A stretch of DNA of 35,853 nt from Planctomycetota bacterium (GTDB lineage: Bacteria; Planctomycetota; SZUA-567; H5-PLA8): NCBI GenBank assembly GCA_038227875.1, contig JBBRPR010000078.1, forward strand, positions 1 to 35,853, in the 5' to 3' direction. The notes under the pieces were generated by a model. It was not told the origin of the DNA, searched no databases, and saw only the letters and a program-made list of their open reading frames with translations. The position numbers and the translations under genes are program-made. Of the stretch, positions 1-8,980 are shown one piece after another. How positions within the stretch are numbered: position 1 is the stretch's first letter; the number at the start of each line of letters is the position of its first letter.

Positions 1-140
1 GAGGAACGCAGAGCACGTTGAAACTTGAAGCAGGAGGAGGAGTAAGTAACCTGCACCTCTGAGTAGAGGTGCAGTCAAACACAGGCCGGGTGCCGCAGAC
101 TTAAACCGCCACCTACCGCGTTTTTAAACCGGCGTTTACA
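1..140. mobile_element. Probable terminal fragment of an IS21-family insertion sequence (rest lies outside the window)
   Basis: Reverse complement from 140 reads TGTAAACGCCGGTTTAAAAACGCGGTAGGTGGCGGTTTAAGTCTGCGGCA. It has a 5'-TGT terminus and two 20-bp imperfect direct repeats (91-110 and 114-133, 14/20 identical, 23-bp period), the architecture of IS21 ends. Coding-like sequence of the next gene resumes in frame at 141. No transposase is visible. Confidence 0.6.
51..74. terminator. Perfect 10-bp hairpin CTGCACCTCT-GAGT-AGAGGTGCAG inside the putative IS end
   Basis: Inverted repeat seen directly. There is no clear U-tract, so the terminator role is uncertain. Confidence 0.4.
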
Positions 141-1625
141 CGCGGTAACACCGTCGTCGGAGCTGGCGGCGCCATGGCGTCTATCGAATCGAATGTAACG
201 ATGACGAATTGCACAATCGACAGCAATGCCGCAAATACGTCGCAGGGAGGAGGCGGCGTCTACTTCGATAGCGGAAAACTCTATGTACTGGGCTGCAGGT
301 TCACCTCGAATTTCGGCGGAACGGGAGCAGCACTGGTTACCGCTAACGCAGCCGTCTCGGTGACCAATTGTGTATTCCAGTCAAATGCTGCTGCCCGCGG
401 CGGCGGAATAGCAGTGTTGCTCTGCTCGGGAACTGTGACGAATTGCACGTTCAACGGCAACATCGGCGCATTTCAGGGCGGAGCGATGTACTCGAACACG
501 AGCACGGTATCGGTCACCAATTCCATTTTGTGGGCTGACAGTTCGCCGATCGGACCAGAACTCGACGGAACTGCCACCGTAACCTATAGCTGCGTGCAGG
601 GTGGCCTGAGCGGTACGGGAAATATCAGTACCGATCCACACTTTGTTTCAGCCAGCGACCTGCGACTGCAGACCGCCAGTCCGTGCATTGATGTGGGCAC
701 GTCCGTGGGTGCTCCGGCGGTTGATATATCCGGGACAGCGCGGCCCAAGGGCGCGGGATTCGACCTGGGCGCGTACGAATTCTCGACTTCTCCGGTATTG
801 ATCTCCGGCCCGACCGCGGCGCCAAACCCATCCACTATCGGGCAAACGGTTAGCTTCAGTGCGGCGGCCACCGACGCCGACGGTGATGCGGTCAGCTACA
901 ATTGGGATTTCGGAGACGGCTCCAGCGCAACCGGCGCAACGCCGACGCACGCGTTTACGACAGCCGGCGCCTTCATGGTCAAAGTGGTTGCCATAAACGC
1001 TGGCGATCCCGTGAGCGCGACCGCAACCAATTCGGGAGCGGTCACGGTCACGGTTACGATCAATTCCAGATCCGGGATTCCGGGCGACAGTGATGGCGAC
1101 GGCGTCATCGACGAGATCGAAATTGCGATGGGCTCCAACGCCTTCGACGCCGACAGTCTGCCGGCTGGAATGAGCAAGATGACCGGGTTGCAGAATCTGT
1201 CGGTGAGCAAATTGAACGTCAAGCTGGACTTCACCAGGCATGGCAATGACAGCATCGGCCTGAGCGGCCTGATATTGATTCCGGATGGATTCAAGGTTTC
1301 CGGACAGATGTTCGTGGTCGATATCGGCGGAGTGGTGAAATCGTTCACGCTGGATGCCAAGGGCTCGGCGACGAGCGGCGGCAGTTCAATCAAGGTGCCA
1401 GTGAAGTCTGGAAAAGCCGGGACGCCGCTGCAGATCTCCAAGTACAGCGCCAAATTCAGCAAGGGGACCTTCGCCGACACGCTTGCCTCCGCCGGGTTGG
1501 TGAACGCCACCACCACGGCGAAACTGAATGTGCTGGTGACGGTCATCTTCAACGGGCAAGTGTGGCAGAAGAGCGTCCCGCAATCGTACGTGGCGAAGAA
1601 GGACAAGGGTGGCGTGACGAAATAA
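141..1625 (+). pseudogene. 5'-truncated surface/secreted protein: parallel beta-helix (GGA/FxxN) repeats, choice-of-anchor-Q-like segment, PKD domain, DxDxDG Ca-binding motif and a beta-rich C-terminal domain
   Basis: ORF 174-1625 has repeats such as NCVFQSNAAARGGGI, then SPCIDVG...DISGTARPKGAGFDLGAYE, PKD core YNWDFGDGS and DSDGDGVIDEIE. There is no signal peptide. In-frame codons 141-173 (RGNTVVGAGGA) continue the repeat pattern up to the putative IS end. Confidence 0.65.
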
Positions 1626-1651
1626 GTTGTCGCGTTGGATGCGCTAAAATA

Positions 1652-1679
1652 TTGACATATCGGAATATGACGATATATT
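1652..1679 (+). promoter_or_regulatory. sigma70-type promoter of the ArsR gene with an overlapping palindromic operator
   Basis: TTGACA (1652-1657), 16-bp spacer, TATATT (1674-1679). The inverted repeat ATATCG-N8-CGATAT lies at 1657-1676. A purine-rich RBS precedes ATG 1709. Confidence 0.7.
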
Positions 1680-1708
1680 GAAAGGAGAGCAGGAAGAGGA
1701 GGGAATTA

Positions 1709-2038
1709 ATGCCCACGAAAGCCCGATCGGCGAAGCGTGTAAAACTGACGTCTTTGAATTCCTTGGAGAAGGCAGCCGAATGCCTCAAGACAATAGCGCA
1801 TCCCCATCGGCTGCGGATGGTTCAGATGCTCCTGCAGGACCGCTACACGGTCGGAGAGCTTGCGACCGCGTGCGGAATTCCCAGCCACATGGCGTCGGAG
1901 CATCTGCGTTTGATGCAGCGATGCGGGTTCCTGGCCAGCGAGAAGGATGGGCGGAAAGCGTATTACAAGGTCGTCGAGCTTCATTTGGCGAGCATCATGT
2001 CGTGCGTTGAGCAGCGGTTTGGAACAGGCCCGACGTGA
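1709..2038 (+). CDS. ArsR/SmtB-family transcriptional repressor, probably sulfane-sulfur responsive
   Basis: LKTIAHPHRLRMVQML, VGELA, SEHLRLM and GRKAYY winged-HTH pattern; four Cys; directly upstream of the YeeE/YedE genes. Confidence 0.9.
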   Translation: MPTKARSAKRVKLTSLNSLEKAAECLKTIAHPHRLRMVQMLLQDRYTVGELATACGIPSHMASEHLRLMQRCGFLASEKDGRKAYYKVVELHLASIMSCVEQRFGTGPT

Positions 2039-2164
2039 TTCTCATGGCTTTAAATATCGTAAGATCGAGACACTTTTGAATGTCGATGGATGGTGTGGAT
2101 CGAATAAGGAATCGAGTCTGGCTATTGCGCATACGTTCCGAAATGGATCGAAAGGGAGGTTCCA

Positions 2165-2704
2165 ATGTCGCTCTTTTCACGAAGGTGGAGTCCCTACCTG
2201 GTGGGTGTGGGTATCGGGGTTCTGAGTTGGGCCACATTCCTGACGCTGGACAAAGCATTGGGAACCAGCACGACGATGGTTCATGTATCCGGAGCGGCGA
2301 CCGCGCTTGTTGCGCCGGAGCATCTGAAAACAAATCCGTATTATGCCAAAGAAATTACAGAAAAGACGCCGCTGTTCGACTGGCAGTTCTTCCTGGTGCT
2401 GACACTTCCTGTGGGCGCTGCATTGGCGGCGTGGCTGGCGCGCGACTTCAATGTTGAGCACGTGCCGGCGTTGTGGCGATGGCGCTTTGGCGGCAGCCGC
2501 CTGAAACGCGCAATCGCTGCTTTTCTAGGCGGTGTGATTCTAATTTATGGTGCGCGCATGGCGGGCGGTTGTACTTCGGGTCATGGCATCAGTGGCGGCC
2601 TTCAGTTGGCAGTCAGTTCCTGGACCTTCTTCCTCGCCATGTTTGTCTCCGGCGTGGCCACGGCGTTCGCGCTGTTTGGAAAGGAGGGTCGCAAACATGT
2701 TTGA
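2165..2704 (+). CDS. YeeE/YedE (thiosulfate/sulfur transporter) family membrane protein, half-size subunit
   Basis: WSPYLVG N-terminus, GARMAGGCTSGHG motif, ~4 hydrophobic segments, RBS GGAGG. Confidence 0.9.
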   Translation: MSLFSRRWSPYLVGVGIGVLSWATFLTLDKALGTSTTMVHVSGAATALVAPEHLKTNPYYAKEITEKTPLFDWQFFLVLTLPVGAALAAWLARDFNVEHVPALWRWRFGGSRLKRAIAAFLGGVILIYGARMAGGCTSGHGISGGLQLAVSSWTFFLAMFVSGVATAFALFGKEGRKHV

Positions 2705-3266
2705 TACATATCCCATGATCGTTGGCGGAGTCCTGACCGGGTTGGTGTTCGGGTTCCTCCTGCAAAAAGCTCACGTCACGCGTTACAGCGTGATCCTTGG
2801 ACAATTCCTGTTCACTGATTTCACCGTGCTGAAAGTCATGTTGACGGCCATTGTGACCGGAGGCATCGGCATTTACGCCATGTACGGAATCGGCTGGATT
2901 CCACATTTGCAGATCAAGACCGCAGCGATGGCCGCTGTTACCCTCGGCGGACTGATCTTTGGCGTGGGCATGGCGCTGCTGGGCTATTGTCCTGGAACGG
3001 ATGTGGCGGCGGCGGGCGAAGGATCGCGGCATGCGCTCTATGGTTTTCTGGGAATGGTTGTGGGCGCGGCGCTGTACTCCGAAACGATGCCCTACTTTAA
3101 GGACACGCTTTTGAAAGCCTTCGACTACGGCAAAATATCGTTCGCCGATGTCACCCACCTCTCGCCTTGGATCTTCATTGCCGGTCTCGCGATGCTTTCG
3201 GCTGGAATTTTCCTGTTGATTGAACGCTGGGAAAAGCGCGTGCAATTCCGGCGCGGAATTGCTTGA
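2697..3266 (+). CDS. YeeE/YedE family membrane protein, second half-size subunit
   Basis: Start corrected to ATG 2697 (AAGGAGG at 2681-2687, overlaps the upstream stop). GLVFGFLLQK and GGLIFGVGMALLGYCPGT motifs. Confidence 0.9.
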   Translation: MFDTYPMIVGGVLTGLVFGFLLQKAHVTRYSVILGQFLFTDFTVLKVMLTAIVTGGIGIYAMYGIGWIPHLQIKTAAMAAVTLGGLIFGVGMALLGYCPGTDVAAAGEGSRHALYGFLGMVVGAALYSETMPYFKDTLLKAFDYGKISFADVTHLSPWIFIAGLAMLSAGIFLLIERWEKRVQFRRGIA

Positions 3267-3367
3267 GTCTTCTCCCGTGTGTGAAGTCCAGGCAATACAC
3301 GTTGAAACCTGCTGATCTGCGATAACATACCCGGAGTGCCCATTCCACTTTTAATGGAGGTCTCTCC

Positions 3368-5014
3368 GTGCCCCTCTCGCCGCTGGCTGGTAAACCCCCG
3401 ACGCAGGACCTGTTGATCGATGTCGATGCACTGACGCGCGATTATTTTGATAAGAAACCCGACCCGGCCAACAAGCTGCAGCAGGTAGCGTTCGGTACGA
3501 GCGGACATCGCGGCACACCGGGCGACAGTTCTTTCAATGAGGCGCACATCCTTGCGATCGCGCAGGCGATCTGCGAATACCGCGCGTCGAAAGGCATCAA
3601 CGGGCCGCTCTTCCTGGCCAAGGACACGCATGCCATCGATACGCCCGCGCACAACACGGCACTCGAAGTCTTTGCGGCCAACGGCGTCGACGCGATAGTC
3701 GCGGAGAACAATGAGTACACGCCGGTACCCGTCCTGTCGCATGCAATCCTGATCTATAACAAAGGCCGCAAAGACAAATTGGCCGACGGCATCGCGATCA
3801 CGCCGTCCCACAATCCGCCGCGCGACGGCGGCATCAAGTACAATCCGCCCACGGGCGGTCCGGCCGATGTCGACGTCACGCAATGGATTCAGGATCGCGC
3901 CAATGCACTGCTGCGGGAGAACAATGCCGGCGTCAAACGCATCCCGTATGAGCGTGCGCTGAGCGCGGCGACCACGCATCATCAGAATCTGCTGATGCCC
4001 TACGTCAAAGACCTCGCCGCTGTCATCGATATGGACGTGATCCGCTCGTCGGGCTTGCGCATCGGCGCCGATCCGCTCGGCGGCGCGGCGGTGCATCTGT
4101 GGGATCCGATCCGCGAACACTACAAGCTGAATATCACCGTGGTGAATCCCGCCGTCGACTTCACGTTCCGTTTCATGCGCGTCGATCATGACGGCCAGAT
4201 TCGCATGGACTGCTCGAGCCCTTATGCCATGGCTGGACTGATCGCGCTGAAGGATCAGTACGCGATCGCGTTCGGCAACGATACCGATGCGGACCGGCAT
4301 GGCATTGTCGCGCCGTCCGTCGGGCTCCTGCCGCCCAACCATTTCCTGGCCGTCTCCAGCCGCTACCTGTTTACGCATCGGCCCAACTGGCCGGCCGGCG
4401 CGGCGATTGGAAAAACTGTCGTCAGCAGCAGCATCATCGACCGGGTCGCCAACGATGTCGGGCGCAAAGTCTTCGAAGTGCCGGTCGGATTCAAATGGTT
4501 CGTGCAGGGCCTGTACGAAGGTTCGCTGGGTTTCGTCGGCGAAGAATCCGCGGGTGCAACGTTCCTGCGCAAGGACGGCTCTGTCTGGACCACGGACAAA
4601 GACGGTCCGGTGATGGACCTGCTGGCCTGCGAAATGACCGCGCGGACGTCGAAAGATCCCGGCCAGCATTACGCCGAGATTGAGCAGAAATTCGGGCGCT
4701 CGTATTTCCGCCGCGAAGATCAGGCTGCGACGCTGAAGGAAAAGGACGCGCTGAAGAAACTCAACGCATCCTCCGTGCAGAAGAAGGAATTGGCCGGTGA
4801 ACCGATCACCGCGATTTTAACCCACGCGCCGGGCAACAAAGCCGCGATTGGCGGCTTGAAAGTCTCCACCGAGAACGGCTGGTTTGCGGCGCGGCCGTCG
4901 GGCACCGAAGCTCAATACAAGATCTACGCCGAGAGCCTGACCAGCGAAGCGCACCTCAACAAAATCTTCGAAGAGGCGCGCGTGCTGGTGAAGGACGTGT
5001 TGGCGAAATCGTAA
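3368..5014 (+). CDS. pgm: Phosphoglucomutase (alpha-D-glucose-1,6-bisphosphate-dependent)
   Basis: FGTSGHRG, catalytic TPSHNP, metal loop DTDADR, GEESAG and RPSGTE; GTG start after GGAGG. Confidence 0.97.
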   Translation: MPLSPLAGKPPTQDLLIDVDALTRDYFDKKPDPANKLQQVAFGTSGHRGTPGDSSFNEAHILAIAQAICEYRASKGINGPLFLAKDTHAIDTPAHNTALEVFAANGVDAIVAENNEYTPVPVLSHAILIYNKGRKDKLADGIAITPSHNPPRDGGIKYNPPTGGPADVDVTQWIQDRANALLRENNAGVKRIPYERALSAATTHHQNLLMPYVKDLAAVIDMDVIRSSGLRIGADPLGGAAVHLWDPIREHYKLNITVVNPAVDFTFRFMRVDHDGQIRMDCSSPYAMAGLIALKDQYAIAFGNDTDADRHGIVAPSVGLLPPNHFLAVSSRYLFTHRPNWPAGAAIGKTVVSSSIIDRVANDVGRKVFEVPVGFKWFVQGLYEGSLGFVGEESAGATFLRKDGSVWTTDKDGPVMDLLACEMTARTSKDPGQHYAEIEQKFGRSYFRREDQAATLKEKDALKKLNASSVQKKELAGEPITAILTHAPGNKAAIGGLKVSTENGWFAARPSGTEAQYKIYAESLTSEAHLNKIFEEARVLVKDVLAKS

Positions 5015-5023
5015 GTACCGTAC

Positions 5024-6331
5024 TTACTTTTCAGCAGCGAGATCGACGCAGACGATCTCGCTGTCGTTTCGTGCGAAACATTTCTTGTCCGCAAATGCCG
5101 GATGACTCCAGATGGCTTTGCGTCCCTGGACCGTTGTAGTCGCGTCGAGGATGTGGGCGCGCGAAATCTCCTCGTAGCCTTTGGGCGTCATCGTCGCGAA
5201 AATCAGGTCGCCTTTCTCATTGAATATAATAAAGCGCGCTCCGTTCTTGACGATGTAGGCGGCCGCGGAGCCCGTTTTCGCTCCGGTCACTGGGGCAAAA
5301 GACTCCCACAGGCGTTCTCCCGTGGCGACTTTGACGCAGCGCATCTCGCCGTTTTCGCAGACGCCGTACATGTATTCGCCATCCACGACGGGCGGGCAGG
5401 TTTTTGGGAAGAGACCGCTCTTGGCGTCCGCGCGCCAGAGCTCTTTCACATCCGGCTTGTCCTTGGCGAGTTGCACGCCAACTCCCTGATTCACGCGCGC
5501 ACCCACATACAGTACATCACCGCTGCGCACCGGCGCCATGATTGCCATGCCGTTGGCGGGCACGATCGGGATGGTCCAATACGGCTTGCCGGTTTCCAGA
5601 TCAAGGCTGTTGAGCGACTCGGCGCTCCAGACGAGCAGCTGCCGTTTGCCGCCGGCTTCGGTGATGGCCGGCGAACTGTAGCCAGGCTCGACGGAGCTCA
5701 GCGACTTCCAGATTTCCTTGCCGCTGTCCTTGTCGAACGCGACCACTTCGCTGCCTTCGCCGCCGACGATGGAAATCAGTTTTGAACCGTCGACGAGCAG
5801 GTGACAGGCGAAACCCCACAGGGGAACTTTGACTTTGTAATCGTCCTTAAAATCCTTCTTCCAGACCAACGAGCCTTTCTCGGCATCCAGGCAGGTGAGA
5901 TTGCCCATCGCGCCCAGCACGTAGACTTTGCCGCCGCTGACTGTCGGCGTCGCGCGCGGGCCGCCGGGATAGGCGATGGTGTATTCGCAGGCGTATTTAT
6001 ATTCCCACAGCTGCTCGCCATTCTTTTCATCGAGACAAAGAATGCGCTCATCGCCCTGAAGTACACCGCGCTTGTTGGGATCGACGATCGCTCCGGTGTT
6101 GATCGCAAAATCGCAGACGTAAACTTTTCCGCCTGTCACGGCGGGACCGGCATAGCCCGTATGGACCGGCTTGCGCCACAGAATTTTCGGGCCGCCTTCG
6201 AGAAACTTTTCGAGCAGTCCGCTTTCGTTCCAGACGCCATCACGATTCACGCCCTGCCATTGAGGCCAGTCTTCGCAGCGGATTGCGGACATAAGAACGA
6301 AGCCAACACAGAGAACAACGAGTGTGCGCAT
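5024..6331 (-). CDS. Secreted PQQ-binding-like (BamB-like) beta-propeller protein
   Basis: Signal peptide followed by DWPQWQG; repeated CLD.K.G..LW blades; GYSSP; C-terminal WSHPAFA...ARND.EIVCVDL. Confidence 0.88.
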   Translation of the reverse strand: MRTLVVLCVGFVLMSAIRCEDWPQWQGVNRDGVWNESGLLEKFLEGGPKILWRKPVHTGYAGPAVTGGKVYVCDFAINTGAIVDPNKRGVLQGDERILCLDEKNGEQLWEYKYACEYTIAYPGGPRATPTVSGGKVYVLGAMGNLTCLDAEKGSLVWKKDFKDDYKVKVPLWGFACHLLVDGSKLISIVGGEGSEVVAFDKDSGKEIWKSLSSVEPGYSSPAITEAGGKRQLLVWSAESLNSLDLETGKPYWTIPIVPANGMAIMAPVRSGDVLYVGARVNQGVGVQLAKDKPDVKELWRADAKSGLFPKTCPPVVDGEYMYGVCENGEMRCVKVATGERLWESFAPVTGAKTGSAAAYIVKNGARFIIFNEKGDLIFATMTPKGYEEISRAHILDATTTVQGRKAIWSHPAFADKKCFARNDSEIVCVDLAAEK

Positions 6332-6422
6332 GCGGATTCCTTTTGATGCAAGGGTTGTTGAACGCCGTTACCCACGTTAATCGCGCGTCGCTCTCAATTC
6401 ACGCCCCGAAGTAGCGGCGGCA

Positions 6423-7481
6423 TCATTCGCGATCGAGTTGGGCCACGGCCGAGGTCACGTCGAGCAGCGCCAGCGGACCGTGTTTGGGGCAGGAGAATGA
6501 CGGCGCCAGCCACGGACCTTCCTCAGCCAGCGGGCCAGGCCCGGGGCAGACGTCGGCAACCACGCCGTCGGGACCGACGCGCGTTGCTACAACAGCAGCG
6601 GCGCGGCGCGCGGATGCAGCGTAAGGATCCGCCGGCAGGATTCCGGCTCGAACGGCGCGCGCCATGCCCGCAGCGATCATCGCGGTCCCGCTGGCTTCGA
6701 TGCCACTCCCTGCCCACGGGCGGCTGAGCATCGCGTGCCACCAGCCATCCGTATCCTGAATCGCCAACAGCGCCGTCGCGAGTTCCCGAATGACATCGAC
6801 AAATGCCTGGCGCTCGTGCCACGAAGGCGGAAGGATTTCCGCCGCCGCAACAAAGCCACGCATCAACCAGCCATGCCCACGCGACCACGCGCCGGGCGAC
6901 AGCCGCTGCGGATCGTCGCGCAACCAGCCTCGGCCTTGCGACCACAAACCCGTTCCAGGATCGCGGAGTAACGAACGGTGGAGGCGCATTTGATCCACGG
7001 CCAGTGCCGCCAGCGTTTGCTCACCGGAATGCGCTGCCGCCCGAGCCAGCCGGCAGACGTGCTCCTGCATGGAGTCGATCAGTACTGCATTGCCGTCGCC
7101 CGGTTGCGGACCGCGCGGATGCACGAACAAGCCGTCCGCCGAGCGCGGCACTTCATCGACACAGTGGAGCGTGGAATCCACCCAAGCATCGAGCACGGCA
7201 CGGTCGCCGCGCGCTGACGCCCACGCCCAGGTCACGCTGCCAAACGGTTCGTGGCGCCATTCAACACTAGGAGTGCCTTTGCCGCGCACGACGCCGTCAA
7301 CATGCTGGATCCAGCGCGGATCGCCAGTAGCAGTCGACCAGTGGACCAGGCCTTCCAGCGCGAGATCGCGAATATAATTGCCCCGATCTGACACGTTGGC
7401 CACCACCCAGTTCGCAGTGCGATTGCCAGCTGCGATCAATACCTGCGAATCCGATGCGCTAGATCTTCCAGATATTGCCAT
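6423..7481 (-). CDS. GH88/GH105-family unsaturated glycuronyl hydrolase-like protein
   Basis: WSRGHGW (family WxRGxGW motif), RDPGTGLW, QDTDGWWH, EASGTAM; no signal peptide. Confidence 0.8.
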   Translation of the reverse strand: MAISGRSSASDSQVLIAAGNRTANWVVANVSDRGNYIRDLALEGLVHWSTATGDPRWIQHVDGVVRGKGTPSVEWRHEPFGSVTWAWASARGDRAVLDAWVDSTLHCVDEVPRSADGLFVHPRGPQPGDGNAVLIDSMQEHVCRLARAAAHSGEQTLAALAVDQMRLHRSLLRDPGTGLWSQGRGWLRDDPQRLSPGAWSRGHGWLMRGFVAAAEILPPSWHERQAFVDVIRELATALLAIQDTDGWWHAMLSRPWAGSGIEASGTAMIAAGMARAVRAGILPADPYAASARRAAAVVATRVGPDGVVADVCPGPGPLAEEGPWLAPSFSCPKHGPLALLDVTSAVAQLDRE

Positions 7482-7619
7482 GCTGTTCTCCGCGACGCGT
7501 GTTTGCGAAATAGTGTAGCGGCAGAAAGAAGGTCAGACCATCCATTCCAGCGCCAGGATTTCTGTGACAAGCACATGAGTATGTGTTCTTATTGAGCGAC
7601 CTGTTGAGGGAGATGCTAT

Positions 7620-8978
7620 ATGGCGCTGAATATCGTCTACGTGAATTCCCACGACACCGGCCGCTACGTGGGACCTTACGGATATAAAATCCGCACGCCC
7701 CATCTGCAGAAGCTGGCGGAGGACGGAGTGCTCTTTCGCCAGGCGTTCAGCGCCGCGCCGACTTGCTCGCCCAGCCGCTGCGCGTTGATCACCGGACAGT
7801 ATCCGCACAACGCGGGGATGGTGGGCCTGGGCAACCGCGGCGTTTATCCGTTCGAATTCGATCGGCATCTCGCGCACACGCTCAAGTCTGCCGGATACGA
7901 GACGGCGACGTGGGGTCGCTGGGCCTTGGACAATCATCTCGGTGTCGCGAATGTTGGCGGCAATCCCAGTTCTGTCGGCTACGACCGGACGATCGACGGC
8001 GAAACAGTCGACGGCATAATCGACTTTGTCGGCGAAAAGCGTTCCAAGCCATTTTTCTTGAGCGCCAGTTTTTCGCTCACGCATCGCGTCGGCCGCGGGT
8101 TCACCTCGCAGCCGCAAGCCGCGGACGATCCGCGCTACACGGCCCTGCCGGCGCCGCTGGTGGACACGCCGCGCATCCGCGCGGACTGGGCGCACTTCTG
8201 CTCCGACGCCAACGCGTGGGACGCGATGCTCGGCAGGATTTTTGACGCCATCGACGCCGCCGGACTGCGCGACTCCACGCTGATCATCGCCACCACCGAC
8301 CACGGCCCGCCGTTTCCCGGAATGAAGTGCAGCGTGAGCGTCCATGGCACGGGCGTGTTCATGATCCTGCGCGGTCCCCAGGGATTCAGCAGCGGGAAAG
8401 TGGTCGATGCAATGGTTAGCCATCTGGATCTCTTTCCAACGATCTGCGAACTGATCGGCATCGCCAGGCCGCCGTGGCTGGACGGGCAATCGCTGCTGCC
8501 CATCATTCGCGGCGAAAAGGAGCAGATCCACGAGGCGCTTTTCGCGGAGGTCTCCTATCACGCCGGGTACGAACCGATGCGTGCGCTGCGGACGCAGCGG
8601 TATGTCTACGTCAAACGCTTCGGCACACGACGCGCTCCGGTGGCCGTCAATTGCGACGCGTCGCCATCGAAAGACGAATGGCTGGAGCACGGATTTCTCG
8701 AGCGTCAACACGCCGATGAGATGCTCTTCGACACATTCTACGATCCGCAGGAGATGAACAATCTGTACCGCGAACTGGCGTACGCGGAAATTCTGGCGGG
8801 ACTGCGCCAACGTCTGCTCGATTGGATGGCGCGCACGAACGATCCGCTGCTGAAGGGCCGCGTGCCCATGCCGGCGACGGGCTGGGAAAACAATGCGGAT
8901 GAACTGGACCCCACGGAGGTCAAGGCAACCTATCCGCCAGGCCAGGATCCGCGGATCACTCCGTGGCAGCGTCCGTAA
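7620..8978 (+). CDS. Formylglycine-dependent sulfatase (S1 family, Cys-type; sulfamidase-like)
   Basis: CSPSRCALITG signature, SHD near the N-terminus, TTDHG, DLFPT, DP.EMNNL; no signal peptide. Confidence 0.93.
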   Translation: MALNIVYVNSHDTGRYVGPYGYKIRTPHLQKLAEDGVLFRQAFSAAPTCSPSRCALITGQYPHNAGMVGLGNRGVYPFEFDRHLAHTLKSAGYETATWGRWALDNHLGVANVGGNPSSVGYDRTIDGETVDGIIDFVGEKRSKPFFLSASFSLTHRVGRGFTSQPQAADDPRYTALPAPLVDTPRIRADWAHFCSDANAWDAMLGRIFDAIDAAGLRDSTLIIATTDHGPPFPGMKCSVSVHGTGVFMILRGPQGFSSGKVVDAMVSHLDLFPTICELIGIARPPWLDGQSLLPIIRGEKEQIHEALFAEVSYHAGYEPMRALRTQRYVYVKRFGTRRAPVAVNCDASPSKDEWLEHGFLERQHADEMLFDTFYDPQEMNNLYRELAYAEILAGLRQRLLDWMARTNDPLLKGRVPMPATGWENNADELDPTEVKATYPPGQDPRITPWQRP

Positions 8979-8980
8979 GC

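Noticed and set aside
2080..2457. 125-aa ORF between arsR and the first YeeE/YedE gene
   Set aside because: Out-of-frame overlap with the well-supported transporter gene; no recognisable features.
2547..2696. Upstream extensions given by the ORF track (2547, 14065, 21594, 23894, 30197, 18828)
   Set aside because: Better starts with an RBS or stop-start coupling at 2697, 14551, 21606, 23951, 30236 and 18801; most extensions overlap neighbouring genes.
3125..4669. 514-aa minus-strand ORF (and similar long antisense ORFs at 7533-9170, 21303-23066, 23963-25495, 25246-26832)
   Set aside because: All lie opposite motif-bearing genes and have the R/H/V/Q-rich composition typical of shadow frames.
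5024..6331. PQQ-dependent dehydrogenase or true BamB
   Set aside because: Only generic propeller blades. No dehydrogenase vicinal Cys-Cys motif or bam gene context, so left as family-level.
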